Positions 41,698 to 56,180 of a stretch of 64,000 nt of DNA are shown here, piece by piece. The translations under genes and the position numbers were made by a program. Origin of the DNA: the human T2T-CHM13v2.0 reference genome, Homo sapiens; NCBI RefSeq assembly GCF_009914755.1, contig NC_060929.1. One strand, given 5' to 3'. Under the pieces are notes generated by a model. That model made no database searches and was not told where the DNA came from. It saw only the letters and a program-made list of their open reading frames with translations. Every line of letters begins with the position of its first letter. Position 1 is the first letter of the stretch.

Positions 41698-42747
41698 AGC
41701 CCGCAAATAATATCGAGAGACACTAAATTAAAAATACCTTTAATTTACATCAGATAAAAGAAAAACAGAACTGGATAGGTAAGCCATGTTGTTCCAAACC
41801 CAGGCTAAAACACCAACATAATATTTTAAATGAACAAACAACTTCCTGAGCAAGTATTTCTTGTCAGATGTGATTGAAAAACATCAGCAGTATTAAAACT
41901 GTGATATAGTTTTTTAAAGATCTCACAAAATGTTTGGGTACTCACTGGTGAGGAGACAACACAAATGAACTTCAGTGGTGAATGACATGGAGCTCATATT
42001 TTGTTCTGGAAAACAAATTATTACAGGAGGGCCGCTTGAAATTGTAAGGAGCAGAATACAAACATACTTCTCTTTGTGCAATGAAAATGTTTCCGAACAG
42101 GGAAGTGTAGTTTAAATTATATTCAATATAGACACTGTGAAAAAAATACATTTAAGACTAGTTTATAGAGAAAATTATTTAGTCATCTTAGTGTACTAAA
42201 ATATTAAAGTTTGGGTTTTGAGGTTTTCTTGTACTGAAAGAAATCTTAGGGAGCATTTAGTACCAACCTTTTATAGATGAGAAAACTGAGGCTAAAAAGA
42301 AAAGAGCAATTTCCATTTTGTTGGATCCCCTTAAATCTTATGAAACAATCCTAATGTATTTGCTGAGAACCTAAATATCCAGTGTTTTATGCCTTAAATA
42401 GTGAAATCCTATACAGTCTAGTTGCTAAGTTTAAAGCTAACAAGTATTTTTCTTTTTGCAGTAACTTTTCCCCTACTTGAAAAATTGGGATGCCGATTTT
42501 TCTCCCTTAATGTCACCTCAGTCACGATAAGCACCTTAATCATATTGTGTTTATTTCTGTATTTGTTTGGCCTACTGAAGTATTAGGTAGCACACCACAG
42601 TGACACATTTATAACTGAAAGATGGAGAAAATCTAACTCGTTATTGGTCATTTAAACTTGGTCTCTAGATTGGCAATTTAATCACAGAAATTAACAATTA
42701 ATGGACTAGAAGTGGAAAAACAGATGTCATAAGGTCAGCTGTCCTGA

Positions 42748-43062
<315 letters not shown>

Positions 43063-43339
43063 TGCTCACTCTATTACTTAATTTCTTCTTTCTCTAAAGT
43101 TCTTGTGAGCTGTTTGTTGATGCACACGTTTCAATATTCCTATTTTTAACATTTCAGAATTGTTTCTTCACCAGTGTAAGTCTGTTGTGTGCACACGGAT
43201 ATGCAAGCCTGAAGAGAATATCGAATGCAGATTTTGTAGAGATATCTATTAACATAAAATATTCTTGCTCCAAATTGTCCAAATAAAAGCTTATTTAATG
43301 CTGCTGCAAACATGCAGAGCTTCGTCACATAGACTAGCA

Positions 43340-43497
43340 TAAGGTTGCACAGGTTGTAAGCTCCATGAAGGTAACAGTTTAGATCCTTTTTGTTTAGCGC
43401 TTTTTCTACAGAACCTTAGAAAAATCACTTTCCCATAACAATCACTCAATCAACATTAAATGATGAATAAATGAGGGTACAAATGAATCAATGAATG
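43340..43497 (+). mobile_element. L2 3' end
   Basis: tgtaagctccatgaagg...tgaataaatga..aatgaatcaatgaatg. Confidence 0.65.
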
Positions 43498-45089
43498 CTG
43501 CTAAAATTTCTTATTTCTGTCATTTAATGGGAGCACTCTAGTAATTTATAAATTTAACAATTAGTACACGTTGATAATATATTGTCATTTCATGTTTTGT
43601 TTTTCATGGAGTTTAAGAATACAGAGCACTTTAACTTTGCGTTCAGCTAGATTGATGTTAGTAAAGAACAGTAAAAATATAATTAATATAAGGATTTATT
43701 GGAGGAAAAAAATAGACAATCAAACACTTTTCCATATACTAAACTTTGCTATTTCTCTAAGGTTTATAATTATAAATAAATCCAAATACCACAGATTTCA
43801 ATAATTTCTTTTTCATCTGCTCTTTTCAAATTCTGGAAGAATATTTTTTAAATGTGGAGATAGAGTACAAACTGAAAGGAAGTGAATGGGAAGTGCTGTT
43901 TTCAGCCTCCTTGGTCCCTGGGTGTGAGTTTACCATCCTGGGTGGGTCAGAATTCCCCAGGTCGGCTGCTTCACTCCTACCTCCTCCTCTGGGCAGCTGT
44001 CCAGGTGTTAGCAGGGCAGGGAGGCCTCTCACAAGCCAGCGGCCCCACTGTTCACATCCCAGGCCAACCTCCCATGCCCAGGGCACACTTCATCCCAGAA
44101 ACGAGGCCAGTGAGAAGGTGGACTTGACACCATGGACATGCAGGCCTAGGTTTGGCATTGCCGTGAGTCTCAGGAGTCCTGGGAGCCGCTCCCGGACTGC
44201 AGGTCCCCAACTGCTCAGCACAAAGTTTCCCTTTCACCTCTCAACGCTTCGCTCTGATTTAAGGAGGCTCCGGCAAACTCAATAATCAAGGTAATTAATA
44301 ATTCAATGCAATATTCTAAAGACATCACAATTACTGCCCCCTCCCAAAAAAAAAATCCATGCTGAAGGAAGCATCAGAATTTAAATAAAGACAGGATGAG
44401 TGGAAGCACGTGCTGCCTCTGACGTTTCCTCCAGCAAGTGGTGGAGAACTCTGCAAGTTTATTCAAAACACTAGATAATTGGACCAAAGTCAGAACGATG
44501 GGCAGAATATATCCCACGTCAGACATCCCAGCTGGATTAGATCTCCCTGCCGAGGAGGAGGAAAGGGAGGCTGAAAATAGGCAAGAAAGCAACAAAGAAG
44601 CATATATAAGTCAGTGGCTCTTCTGGCAAGGCTGACCTCCCAGGATTTAAACAGGGTGATCACCCATTTTTGGGGAAAGACTTTATACTCACCCTTGCGA
44701 GGTGCTTGGGCAGGGCTTCCAGGACCCTCCCGTGCCGAGAAGCCAACCCAGCTCTGGGGCTAATTCCTTGGCACCCATTAGCATGTGCCACCCATGCTCT
44801 TTCATTCCCTTTCTCTGTTTCCTCGGTTTCTGCACAAGTTTTTATGATTTGTAAATTCGCCGAGTTTCCTAAATGCATTGACTTTGTGCATTCTCATTCT
44901 CCAACTCTAAGTCCCTCCCAGTAAAATAGTTTCCTCTTCAGATCAGAATGTTCCCATCTTGGGCATATATTTATTTTAAAATAATGCACGTGTTATTTTT
45001 AGCTTAATAAAATTAAGTAAAAGTCCACCATCTGTGGGGACAAGTCTTGAACTTATTTAAATATATTGGTAAAAAAAAAAAGTAGTCTG

Positions 45090-45686
45090 AATTAGTTCAA
45101 CCGTTGTGGAAAGCAGTTCAAAGGCCTAAAAACAGAAATACCATTCGACCCACCAATCCCATTGCTGGGTACAAACCCAGAGGAATATAAATCATTCTAC
45201 CATGAAGACACATGCACGCATATGTTCATTGCAGCACTATTCACAGCAGCAAAGACATGAAATCAACCTAAACGCTCATTAATAATAGATTGGATAAAGA
45301 AAATATGGTGCATATACACCATGGAATACTATGCAGCTGTAAAAAGGAATGCGATCATGTAATTTGAAGAAATATGGATGGAGCTGGCGGCCATTATTCT
45401 TAACAAACTAACGCAGGAACAAAAAACTAAATACCTCATGTTCTCACTTATAAGTGGGGGCCAAATGATGAGAACAAAAGGACACAAAGAAGGGAGCAAC
45501 ACACACTAAGGCCTCTTTGAGAGTGGAAGGCGGAGGAAGGAGAGGAGCAGAAAAAACGTAACTATTGGGTACTAGGCTTAATATTTGGGTGATGAAATAA
45601 TCTGTACAACAAACCCTCAAGACACGAGTTTACCTGTATAAGAAACCTGTACATGTACCCCGAACCTAAAATACAAGTTAAAAAAA
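45090..45686 (+). mobile_element. L1PA13/14-like 3' fragment
   Basis: ORF2 end plus 3'UTR; perfect 15-bp TSD aaaaaaagtagtctg (45075-45089, 45680-45694). Confidence 0.92.
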
Positions 45687-47308
45687 GTAGTCTGTATAAT
45701 ATTTATTTAAAACGAGAATTTAAAATGTTAATTTTGCCTATAGAATAAATGTATTACAGCACAACCCATCATTATGTGACTTTTGATCAACAAGGAGTCA
45801 AATGGAGTAACTTTAAACCTAACAGCGGCATATAGTGAAACCCACAGAAAACCCACCTAGCCTGTGGGCAGTTGCTCCTGATCCTGAACGTCAGCGTTCG
45901 AAGCAGAACTGCTGTGCATGGTTTCTGTGTGACTTCCGACATATAATGAACACTCATGGTTACTGCCCAACTCAGAAGATAATTTGTCCTTCTGTGCACA
46001 CCGGTGGCCTTGTGAAAAGGTGAACCATGTTAAACAAAAGGATTTCTGGTGCCTGTTGAGTGTGCTGGCCAGGGCAGAGGAGGGTGTCCAAGGAAAGAGA
46101 ATGTGTATGTGTTGTGGAGATTCTGCACACTTGTATGTTTTAGGTACTTGTTTTCTTACAAATGTATTAAACAAAATAAAACCTCACTAAAATGCCCACA
46201 CGTTGGCCCAGCAAGTTTCTGGGTTCTTCTAGAACATTCTGCAGGCTTCTGGCATCTTCATTGGCCACCAGATAGGGCCTTTCTGTCTCCTGACTCTTCA
46301 GGGCCCGGGCCAGCCTCCCTCCCTTCCTGCACGGAAGGCTGCTGTCTGCAGGGGCCTCCTCTGTAAAAGCCCCAAACACAGAAACCTGGTTTTCCTCACT
46401 GGGAAACTCATGGTGACCCTGCCAGGATCTGCCCCGTGGCTCCAGGGAACCTTGCTCTTGACGTACAAAGTTGGGGGCTTAGCCCACTAAGTCGTTCCCT
46501 CTAGCTATTTCAAGTCAGTACTAAGCACATTAAGCAAATTACAACCCTGGGGGAAGCTGGAAAGAGAAAGAAGCAGCATCAATCTTCCCGACAACTTAGG
46601 TCTTACAAAGAAAAAGAAAAAAAATACTTTGTCCAAGCAGTCCAGTCTGCACAAACCTTTTCCGTTCTAAGCCCCAAGCCTGGCAATTGAAATTGCAAAT
46701 GTGTGAGGCTCTAGGCATCAAACAGCCTGCCAGCCCTGCAAGTGCGGTGCAGCCCTCCTGGCTTTGAGTATCCTCGGGCCCTAGTATTATAGAAATGATT
46801 TATGACAACTGCTTATTGTGGGCCCGTCTATCCCTTTTGGGGTCTTTCTTACCTCATTGCAACTCCACTATGATCCTGTGATGCTGGCATTCTGCAGGTG
46901 GTGACACCCAGCAAGGGTCAGTGCAGGCCTGCCAGGAGGCGGAGCCCGTGACCTGTCCCAGTGCCTGTGAGCCTCATGTTCTCACTGCACAGAAGGCAGG
47001 GAGGTTTAGTTCCTGGCTGGGCTTCTCTGCTTTCCCTCAGCTGAGCAGAAGCCCCCCAAACTCCAAATCAGTCTTCCTCGAATGGAATCTGCACTTTCCG
47101 ATCTAAAGAATACTAAGGCATGTGATTCCCAACACCGTCTGCTTGTCAACTCTTCTCTGCAATGGCCCTCCTGGACCTGGGTCTCCCAGTTCCCATGGGC
47201 TGTTCTGCATGGACCATGGGTGGACTTAGGGACACTGAGGTCCCCGTGCCTCTTAAAGGGGCAGGCAGAGCTGCCTGGTCACTGACCCCAGGAGTTACTG
47301 AGCTGGCC

Positions 47309-47753
47309 TCTATTAGAGTCCTGGGGATTCTGTTAAAAATGCCCACAGACTGGGGGCCCAAAACAACCGGCATTTGTTCTTTCGCAGTTCTGGAAGCCAG
47401 AAGTCTAAAGGTGAGGGTAGGGCCATGGTCCCTCTGAAGACTCCAGGGACGGCTCCTTCCTTCCTTCTTCCAGCCCTTGGTGGTTGCTAGAAATCTTGGC
47501 TTATGGACATGCACTCCCACCTCTGCTGCTGTCTTCACATGGTCTTCTCCTCTCTGTGTCTACCTCCATGCCCTCATGTTGTCACATGACTTTTTTAGAA
47601 GCCACTTGGCACTGGATTTAGGGCCCACCTAATCAGACCTGACCTCATTTAACGAATTCCAGCTGTAATGACTGTATTTCCAATTAAGGCTGTATTCTGA
47701 GGCTGCAGATGGAGGTGAATTTGAGGGTGATGGTACATTATTCCACCCAGCAC
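47309..47753 (-). mobile_element. MLT1 (B/C-like) solo LTR
   Basis: cagttctggaagccagaagtc...ggatttagggcccacc...tatttccaattaagg. Confidence 0.85.
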
Positions 47754-50266
47754 CTTGCCTTGGCTTGGAGATGAGAATTAAATGTGCAGGTCACTTTCAA
47801 ACCAGGTTGTGGCAGTCAAGAAAATGGATTGAATTGTCACCAGTAGAAGATGAGAGATGATAAAATGTACAGAGATCGCCCATTATATTGAGCTTTTAAA
47901 TATTTACTTGGTTATCATTGTTGCTTTTTATAAACTCACATTTCCATAATTAAATTAAACATTTCGATATGCAAGTGTTTGCTGTATAGAGAGCATAATT
48001 TTTTCTTATTTTATTTTTTGAAAGAAAATGTTTGCAGTAAACAGACTAGGAAGAGAAATAAGAAAGAGAGAGGTGTTGGGACCAAGGCTTAAGAACTTCA
48101 CTTTTCTGGCTGTCAAGCCTTCCCCGAAGATCCATTTATTCTCCTTAGAACTTCAGAGATCCAAATGGAAGCCTATTACTCAAAAAAAAAAAAAAAAAAA
48201 AAGGCAGGGGTGCTCCCAGGAACACTGCTATTCTCCTGCTCTGAAGCAAGTCCAAAGAACTCAGGTGGGGACAGAAGAAATCCCACCTTCCTTCCACTGC
48301 CCAGACCCCTCCCACAGCGATCTCTGAGCTTTGAGATCCTTTCAAGCATCTTGCAGAATCACAGTGATCCATCCAAGTGATGCAATTCCTCCTCCGTTTA
48401 GTGGATTCCTATTGCTCACCTCCCACGCAAGAAATGAAATGGGCTGGAGATCTGGCCAACAATGATGCATCCGGAACAAGTGTTAGAATATAGGCCTGGG
48501 AACCTGGACAGACACAGCCAGTGGTTTTTGCTGGAGAATAAGTCAGCTGAATAGTTTCCCTTGACCCACAGGTCAATCCTCCTGACCAGAGGCCAGTCCT
48601 GATTTTGTAAGGCCTAAGTTTGAGACAAGTTGGGGGATCCTTCCCACATGAAAAAAACAATACAAAGTTGACTTCCTTTTGTACATGTTACAAGAAACAT
48701 GTGAACACTGGAATGCATTGCGAGGATTTCCAGGGCCTGGGGAGGATCCCGTGCTGGTGAGAGGTTCTGTTGATTCCTGGAAAGTATGTCTGGGGGCCTG
48801 GCCCAGAGCATTGCCCTTGAATTACTCTTCACAGGCCCTCTTGACTTCAGACACGCCTCCCTTGGGATTCCCAGACAGCTGTCCTGACCCTTCAACCAAA
48901 CAGGGAAGCATTCAGATTGCCTCCAGTCTCCATCCAGACAACATCATTTTCCAAGGACTTGGAATTGAAAGTTGCCATCTAGGCACCTGAGTAACTTGTG
49001 AGGCTTTGTCTTGTTTATTGTTTGCCTCCGAGAAAAACAAGAGGATAACTGCAAGTAACAGTGACAACCAATACTGAACCAAAGGCAGTGGGGGAAAAGA
49101 CGGGTGGAAGCCATTCTCTGCAGAATACAACCAGGATAAAGTCAGTGCAGGGTGAGAAAATCCTAAGCAAAAATGGTAGCAGGACAATGAGAAGGTGGTC
49201 CTTGGAGCCATAGAACATAGAACCCCCAGGAAGCAAAGGAAAGGAGCAATGACAGGAAGCGAATCACCCCAGCCCAGCAGTGTCTGCTAGGGTAGGGGGC
49301 CCAAGGTCACGGAAGCAGGTCCTAAAGCTGTTGTGACAGCAGGGCCCCAGGATCTCAGAAGAGGAGTTGCACAATAGTCTGAGGATAAGAAAGCAATCTT
49401 CGCTGGTTATATTCAGGTGAGGACAACAGAGAAGGTTCATGGAGCCCTTGGTGGCCCAGGAGCAACCAGAGTCCATGATCAATCGGCAGCGAAGGAACCC
49501 AGCAAACTTAGAACTCTGATCTCTGCGTGTGTAGGGGAGCAAAGGACCCTGGTACTAGGGAAGGGTTGTTTCTCTAGATACTGTGCTTCAAAGCAACAGT
49601 AGACTCAACTATCCTCGTTTCCTTCAGGGACTTTGATGGGTCTTCTATGCATTAATGTAGGTCTTTGATCCCAATCTGTAGATCTTTCTGTTTACATCTC
49701 CCTTGAAAGAATGAGCATTAAAATTTGCTGCCTGTTGGATAATTCCTTTGAGTAGGTTTACATTTTCCTGACCCAGGGTTCAAGTGTGCTCTTTTCACCA
49801 GAGAATTAACAAACGATCATGTCCATGAGCTGCCTGCCCTTCCTTCATCCTTCCTTCCTTTCCGCCTTCTCACCTTGCTTTTTTACTTCTTTCCTTCTAC
49901 TTTGCCTCCCTTCGTTCAGTAGATAGATATTGAGTAACTACTTGGGACTCAGTGTTGTTCAAATTACTTTGAATTGCTGTCTTATTGTTTATATTTACTC
50001 TGTTACTTACCTTATGTCTTTTATGAAGTGAGTTCCATTAGATCTTGACCAAATCCCTAAACCCCAGTTACTTATTAGTTGGCTGTTAGACAATGCATAT
50101 CAATGGAACAGCGCTATAAAGTGTCATTAAAGTGAACCTGCTGGCTGAGAAACTCACTTCTAAAACATGTTGGACACACCTTCTGTTCTGATACTTGTAC
50201 CTGCAGAAGCATCAATATCCCAGGGAACACTGAGTGGTGGCTGGGGTCCCAGGCGCCATGAACAAG

Positions 50267-50732
50267 TGTGATGGTTCATTTTAGGTATCAATTTGAGTGA
50301 GCCATAAGGTGCCCAGATATTTGGTTAATCATTATTTCTAGGTGTGCCTGGGAGGTTGTTTCTGGATGATATTAACATTTGGATAGATAGACTGAGTTAA
50401 ACAGGTTGCCCTCCCCAATATGGATAAGCTTCCTCCAAGCCATTCAGGTCCTGAATAGAAGAAAATAATTTGTTTTGTCTGACTATCTGACTACCTTTGA
50501 GCTGGGGCATCAGTTTTATCCTGCCTTGGGCTTGAACTCAGCCTGGAACCATTGGCTCTCCTGGTTCTCAGGTCTTCAGACTTGGACAGGACCAGACCAT
50601 CTGGTCTTCAAGGTCCTTGGCTTGCCAGGCAGAGCTTGGAGCATCTCAATGTCCATAAGTATGTGAACCAATTCCTTACAATAAATCTCTTTCCAATCAG
50701 TTCTTTTTCTCTGGGGAACCCTGACTATTACA
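50267..50732 (+). mobile_element. MLT2 (C/D-like) solo LTR
   Basis: tgtgatggttcatttt...ccaattccttacaataaatctc...gaaccctgactattaca. Confidence 0.88.
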
Positions 50733-50743
50733 CTCAGGATGTC

Positions 50744-50745
50744 AA

Positions 50746-50776
<31 letters not shown>

Positions 50777-50779
50777 ATA
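50744..50779. repeat. (AAAT)n microsatellite
   Basis: aataaataaataaat... Confidence 0.95.
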
Positions 50780-53700
50780 CTCATTGCCATTTATCACTGG
50801 GCAAATGAAAATGGACCCTTTTTATTTTATTTCACATTTTCAGTCATTTTACAAATCATTTACAATTATATGAGTAAAGGGATACTACTTTAAAAAAAAA
50901 AAAACTTTAGAAGAATTTTAACATGGCAAACCCAAATTTTTATTTCATGTTTTCCAGGCTTTAAGTTCTATGTATGTGAAATGGGCAAAGTTCTCTGAAT
51001 ATACTATCTGCTCATAAACCTTCTTGTGTAAATCTGGAATGCAACTTCCTTGTAAAAACTGATTTCAGATTTCAGGTTCCAAACATTTTGGGATAATTTT
51101 TAGCTTCTCTTTATTTCGAGTTTTTCTTTTTTCACTTGCATCATCAAAGCACAATACTTAATAATTCTTTGACAGTTCATAACTTTTTTGAAAAGAGAGT
51201 ACAGCTTTCTTATTTGCTCCATAATTAAAAATAATTTTCATTCTTAGTTTTATTATCAATAATTAGAAAAATAAACCCTTTTTTATTTTTACATAATCTG
51301 TTTTCTTCTGATCACTTTGTATGCTTAGCTACATTTTGTCCACTTAGAAATCATAGTACATAGATTTTGGTGCACAAACATCATAGAAGTTGAAAGAATA
51401 CTGTCACCTTTCTGTTTGGCAAAACAAGAAGTTATACGTTCTTGCCCCAGTCAATTGTGGGATGGAGTCCTTCCTATTGAATGACTAAGTGGGTGAGAGT
51501 ACCATATTTCCTTCTTGTCTGTAGAAATATGTTGCTGATGTAAACATTCTTGAGTTTGAAAAAATTCATCTAGAATATCTAAAGACCACAGTCTGAGATT
51601 TCACTTATAACATCAATTTCATGATCATCATCAGAATCTAGACAGTTGATACATGTGTCTTTGTATTAACCTTCTGATTTGTCTAAGGATTGTAAAAATA
51701 TCCTCCATGTTCTTTTCTTTTCTCTCTACTCTTATAGGCAGAATCTGAAAAGTTCTAAATTTTCAAATATGTTCAATAAAACTAAAAATAATCTACAAAG
51801 AATGTGCCCCAAGTCATTTTAACATCTTCGAAAAAGGAGATTTAATATTTTGGGCAACATAAAAAGAAAACCAAAGGATAATGAAACAATAACTATTTAT
51901 TTCATTATTTTTTATCCTTCCATGTGATTGTATCATTCTTTTATTCTTATTCTCTTAGTGTTTGTTTTTTTAAAGCACATTTGAACATAACTAGTGAGTA
52001 ATGATAAAATAGTTCCTAGACTGATAAAATAGTTAAATTCTTCAAGATACAAGAAAAAAAAATCACAATCCTTTTATCTTAGATTTCAGAAAAGGACCCA
52101 AAGGACCCATATGTTAATTACACAGAAAACAGAATTTTATTCCATTCAAAATAACATTAAATAATGTTATATAAGAGGAAATAATTTTTTAAATAAGTAA
52201 ATTTTATTTCTTCTTTGGAAAACCCCTACTAAATAATAACAGCTATGAAATATTAATTCATACAAATGGTTAGAAATGCTCTAAGAAACCTCAACACTAA
52301 AAATGTTGTCGACTGGCCACTGACAGCACGCTGAGGGTTAGAAGTCCCACTTCCTGGCAAATTGTTTTCACTAAGACTCATGGTGATGTTTTCCACGTGA
52401 ATGTTAACACGTGAAAATGTGATAATTCCCTAAAAGAACCAGACTGCCAACAATGTCATGAAAGCATAACAAATGAGCCCTGTACCCTCAAGTAAGATGC
52501 GTTCATCCCAGCAGGAAGCACCGTCAGCGGCACTTTGGCAGGTGCTGAGTGAGAGATGCTGTCCTGACACTTCCCGTGTCCAAGTGCTTTTCCTGAGGCT
52601 CCACCTCCACCTGCCTTTATCCGGAAGCCCATTCTCACTGCCCTGCAGGCAGGATGGCCACACCCATGCAGGGAACTGCAAATGAAGACCAGAAACATGT
52701 AACTTCCTAGGACATATTTGTCTCTAGTTTCCGTATAATTTAAATAAAACTAGATTTTGGCTCAAGTCTCATAGATTACTTAATTTGCACATTAATTGAA
52801 TCGAGTGCAAGCATTTTGATTAAAATCTAAATTCCAAGACAAAAAATCCTTTATTCTATCTCTAAAGAAGTGAAGCAAGAAAAACAAGAGGCATCTCGCG
52901 GATACAAACTCGCTTCTTTGTTCCACTGAGCCCCAACGGGGATGCGTCGTTGCCGTGGATGCTGGCAGTCCAGTTGACGGGACAGGGAGCCAGGCAGTGC
53001 GGCACCTGCCCACAGCCTGGCGGGTTCCCAGGCTGCACACGGGAAAGGAGAAGAGGAGATTTTTTTCCAGCGGTAGCAGAAGACATGCAGTTTTACAGGT
53101 CTGGTACCTGCACACCAGACTACAGCTGTACACACTTGCTCTCATATGACAAATGTTTCACAGCTGTTTTATATACAGTTTGTTTGGGGCAAAAATCAAT
53201 CAATCAATCAATCATGAGTATGACTTAGATTTGTCGAAGAGTTCTTCCAGACAGTCCGCCGGTCGCTATCAAACAGTTTGAATTTCACCTCATCCTGTGG
53301 AGGTGATGCCTCTGCGACAGCTTCTCCAAGAGAGTTAATTTGCCAGAATCGCTTTTATAAAGCAAAGAGGGAAGAGAACATAAAAGCACTAACCTGATGT
53401 TTTTACGAATGAGTTTAAATGAGCTTGTTTCAAAGAGTCATGTTTATCCACATACTGTCAGGCATTAAGGCCATCTTGCCAAACAGGCCATCTTTGGAAA
53501 TTAGTGTTCTTGGAACAGATGACTTTAGAATCAGGGAGTCAGATTTTCTGGCAGTGACATGCTATGTAGGAGTGAGTATCATTACTCCTCAGGGCAAATG
53601 CAAAGAAAAGTGAGACCCGATCCATAGGTGTCCATGGCTGAGTTTCAAACACACTTGTACGAACCGTCCTTGAAGCAGCCCCTCCTGTGCATCATAGATC

Positions 53701-55479
53701 ACCCCAAACATCCCAGGATAATATTTACACTAGAACAAATACTGGCTTTATGTAAAATAAAACTGTGTTGACATTTTGGGTAATTAAAAGATAAAACATG
53801 TAGGGTTTATTGAAGCAACAGGAAGAACTTTTTTTTTCTTTAAAGTATTGAATGTAAATCCAGTCCTTTCAAAATACAGGAGCATTGCAGCAGCTGCTTG
53901 GAATGCCATGGCGAAAGAGAAGGTTACCATGGTGGGGAAAACGTCTTTGTCAGGTCCACGGACTGTGCTTGTGGCAGGTGCACGTCCACAGACCTCACTG
54001 TCAACAAGAGCAAGCCACAAAAACCATCAGTTTGGTGCAATAAGTTGGGGATATAATTTCAAAATGAGAAGTAATGATACGATTTAGTTTTTGTGTAACT
54101 TATCTCTCCTCATAAGCATAGAAAAATTCATATTACATTTTCATATTTCATATTCATTTTCAATTAAAAAACTGTAGTTTATATACAGTTACCATTAATG
54201 TTTTTGATATTATAAACTTTAAATAACAGTGGGAATATCGAACTTCTATTAAAACAAAGAGAACAGCCATGCACTTTCAGTTTTTGATGCTTACAGGTTT
54301 TTTATGAACTAGACATCGATAATAAACAGATAAAACAGACCTGTGTAAATAAGTAATTTATAATATTGTATAATAAAAATAATAAATACATGTTAAGTAG
54401 CTGGGCTAATCTTTCCATTTTTGAACATTTTAATTTCATATTTCAACAAAATAATATATGAGAATTTGAGATTTAAAATGGCCCATTTTATAAAATAAAT
54501 TGTATTAATTTTACATATCTCTGTTGCTCTCTTCCTCACTGTCTATATGAATATCTGTAACTATATTTTTAGCTATATCTGATCTATACTTAAACCCATA
54601 TATTTCTTACCATCCCTTTTGATTAGTCTATTAAAATGTTTCTATAGCTACTCAGAATTATTCCGTTAGCAGAAGCACCTGTCATTTTGCTCCTGGCAGT
54701 CACGAAGATCAAAATATATTTTGTGTGTGCCTTTTCCAAGGTTTCCAAAGAGCTGGATGAGGTTCCTAATGGAAATCAGTGTTTGCTCAGCTAAAACAAA
54801 TACCTCTGGGCCTTCTCAGTGCCTGGCCTGGGCATGGTGCGGACATCCACAGATAAAATGAAACGTGGGACTGTTGGCTGAGTGCCTCAAGCATGATGCT
54901 ATGCAAATAAGTCATCAGTTTTCTAACAGGTCTGAAACAAGCCATGTCCTATGAGCTGCCACCTACTTCATGAGGACGTGCCCTGGGAGGCTTTTCCTCT
55001 CTCGAGCCCTGCGGGGTTGCCAGACAACGTGCTGCCGCTCTGTAGTGGCTGCCGGTCTTCAGGCATCATTGTTGAACTTTCAGCAATCACCCATGTGCTC
55101 AAAAAGCCCCTTCGTTAAATCCACAAACCTGCCCTGAGAGCACGGCCTCATCTTATCTACACAGGTGCTCCTGGGTGGGTCACACTAGTCTCCCTCCAGG
55201 TACAGCCTTTTAAAAAGCTGGTTTTCAAGTGGATTCAGCCCGAGACAGGCAGAAGGAAAGAAGTATGGTTTGCAGTCCATATTCACATGCGGGGCGTGGT
55301 CAGCCATTACCCATAAAGGGCTTCCTTTCATTGAAACAACAAAGAGGACTTTTTAACATTTTAAACATGTTATATCTTAATAAAAATAATGAAATTCCTT
55401 TCATGTGAAGTTCAACCTTACGATGGGATGACTGTATCTTCTCAGATATTACTGACGTTGCCCCGGAAAGAAGAAATTT

Positions 55480-55665
55480 GGCCTGGAGACCCCAGCACCA
55501 ACTCCTGCCTGAGTTTCCAGCCTGTGGATTTCAGACTTGTCAGTCCCACAACCAACCATGTGAGCCAATTCCTTCAAATAAATTTCTTTAAAAAAATACA
55601 TACATATGTTTACGTGTGTGTGTGTTCATATATAACCTATGGGTTCTATTTCTCTGCAGAGATCC
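55480..55665 (+). mobile_element. MLT2 (D-like) 3' fragment
   Basis: tcctgcctgagtttccagcctg..gatttcagactt...gtgagccaattcctt..aataaat...ggttctatttctctg. Confidence 0.75.
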
Positions 55666-55794
55666 CACTCAAGTCAGACAGAAGAGACCAGGCAAAGAGC
55701 AGACGCTCCTCAATGTACTTGGAGGGGACCTCACCTGTTACATTGCAAAGTACACTCAGGGCCCTTGGACTTGGCTGCAGCCAATCAGGACTGC

Positions 55795-55920
55795 AGAGGA
55801 GAGGTGGAGAGGAGAGTGTCTGGAGGTGGAGGGCAGGTGTCTGGAAAGGAGAAGTGGAAGGCAGAGGATGTCTGCAGAGCAGAGGTGGAGAGGGGGTTGT
55901 CTGGAGGTGGAGGGCAGAGA
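55795..55920. repeat. Purine-rich degenerate tandem duplication (81-bp period)
   Basis: agaggtggagagg..tgtctggaggtggagggcag at 55800-55836 and 55881-55917. Confidence 0.8.
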
Positions 55921-55958
55921 TTGGTCACCCTCCGTGTCCCCAGGGACCTTGGCTGTGT

Positions 55959-56180
55959 TGAGGTGCCCACCCTTTTGGCTTCCCCAGGCCACAATGGAAG
56001 ATGAAAATTGCCTTGGGCCATACGTAAAATACACTAACACTAACGATAGCTGATGAGCTAAAAGAAAATCACAAAAAATATCTCATAATGTTTTAAGAAA
56101 ATTTACGAATTGCTGTTGGGCTGCATTCAAAGCTGTCCTGAACTGCATGTGGCCCACAGGCTGTGGGTTGGACAAGCTTG
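55959..56180 (+). mobile_element. MER30
   Basis: cttttggcttccc...aaaatacactaacactaacgatagctgatgagct...ggttggacaagcttg. Confidence 0.92.

Noticed and set aside
44374-44635. Overlapping short ORFs with an acidic or serine run
   Set aside because: No homology recognised and no convincing splice boundaries
50267-55665. Two co-oriented MLT2 LTRs about 5 kb apart suggesting an ERVL provirus
   Set aside because: No primer-binding site after the first LTR, no gag/pol traces between them, and the second LTR is a dissimilar fragment
55389-55961. Longest ORF in the track (190 aa)
   Set aside because: Runs through an MLT2 fragment, a (GT)n tract and a purine-rich duplication; no recognisable domain
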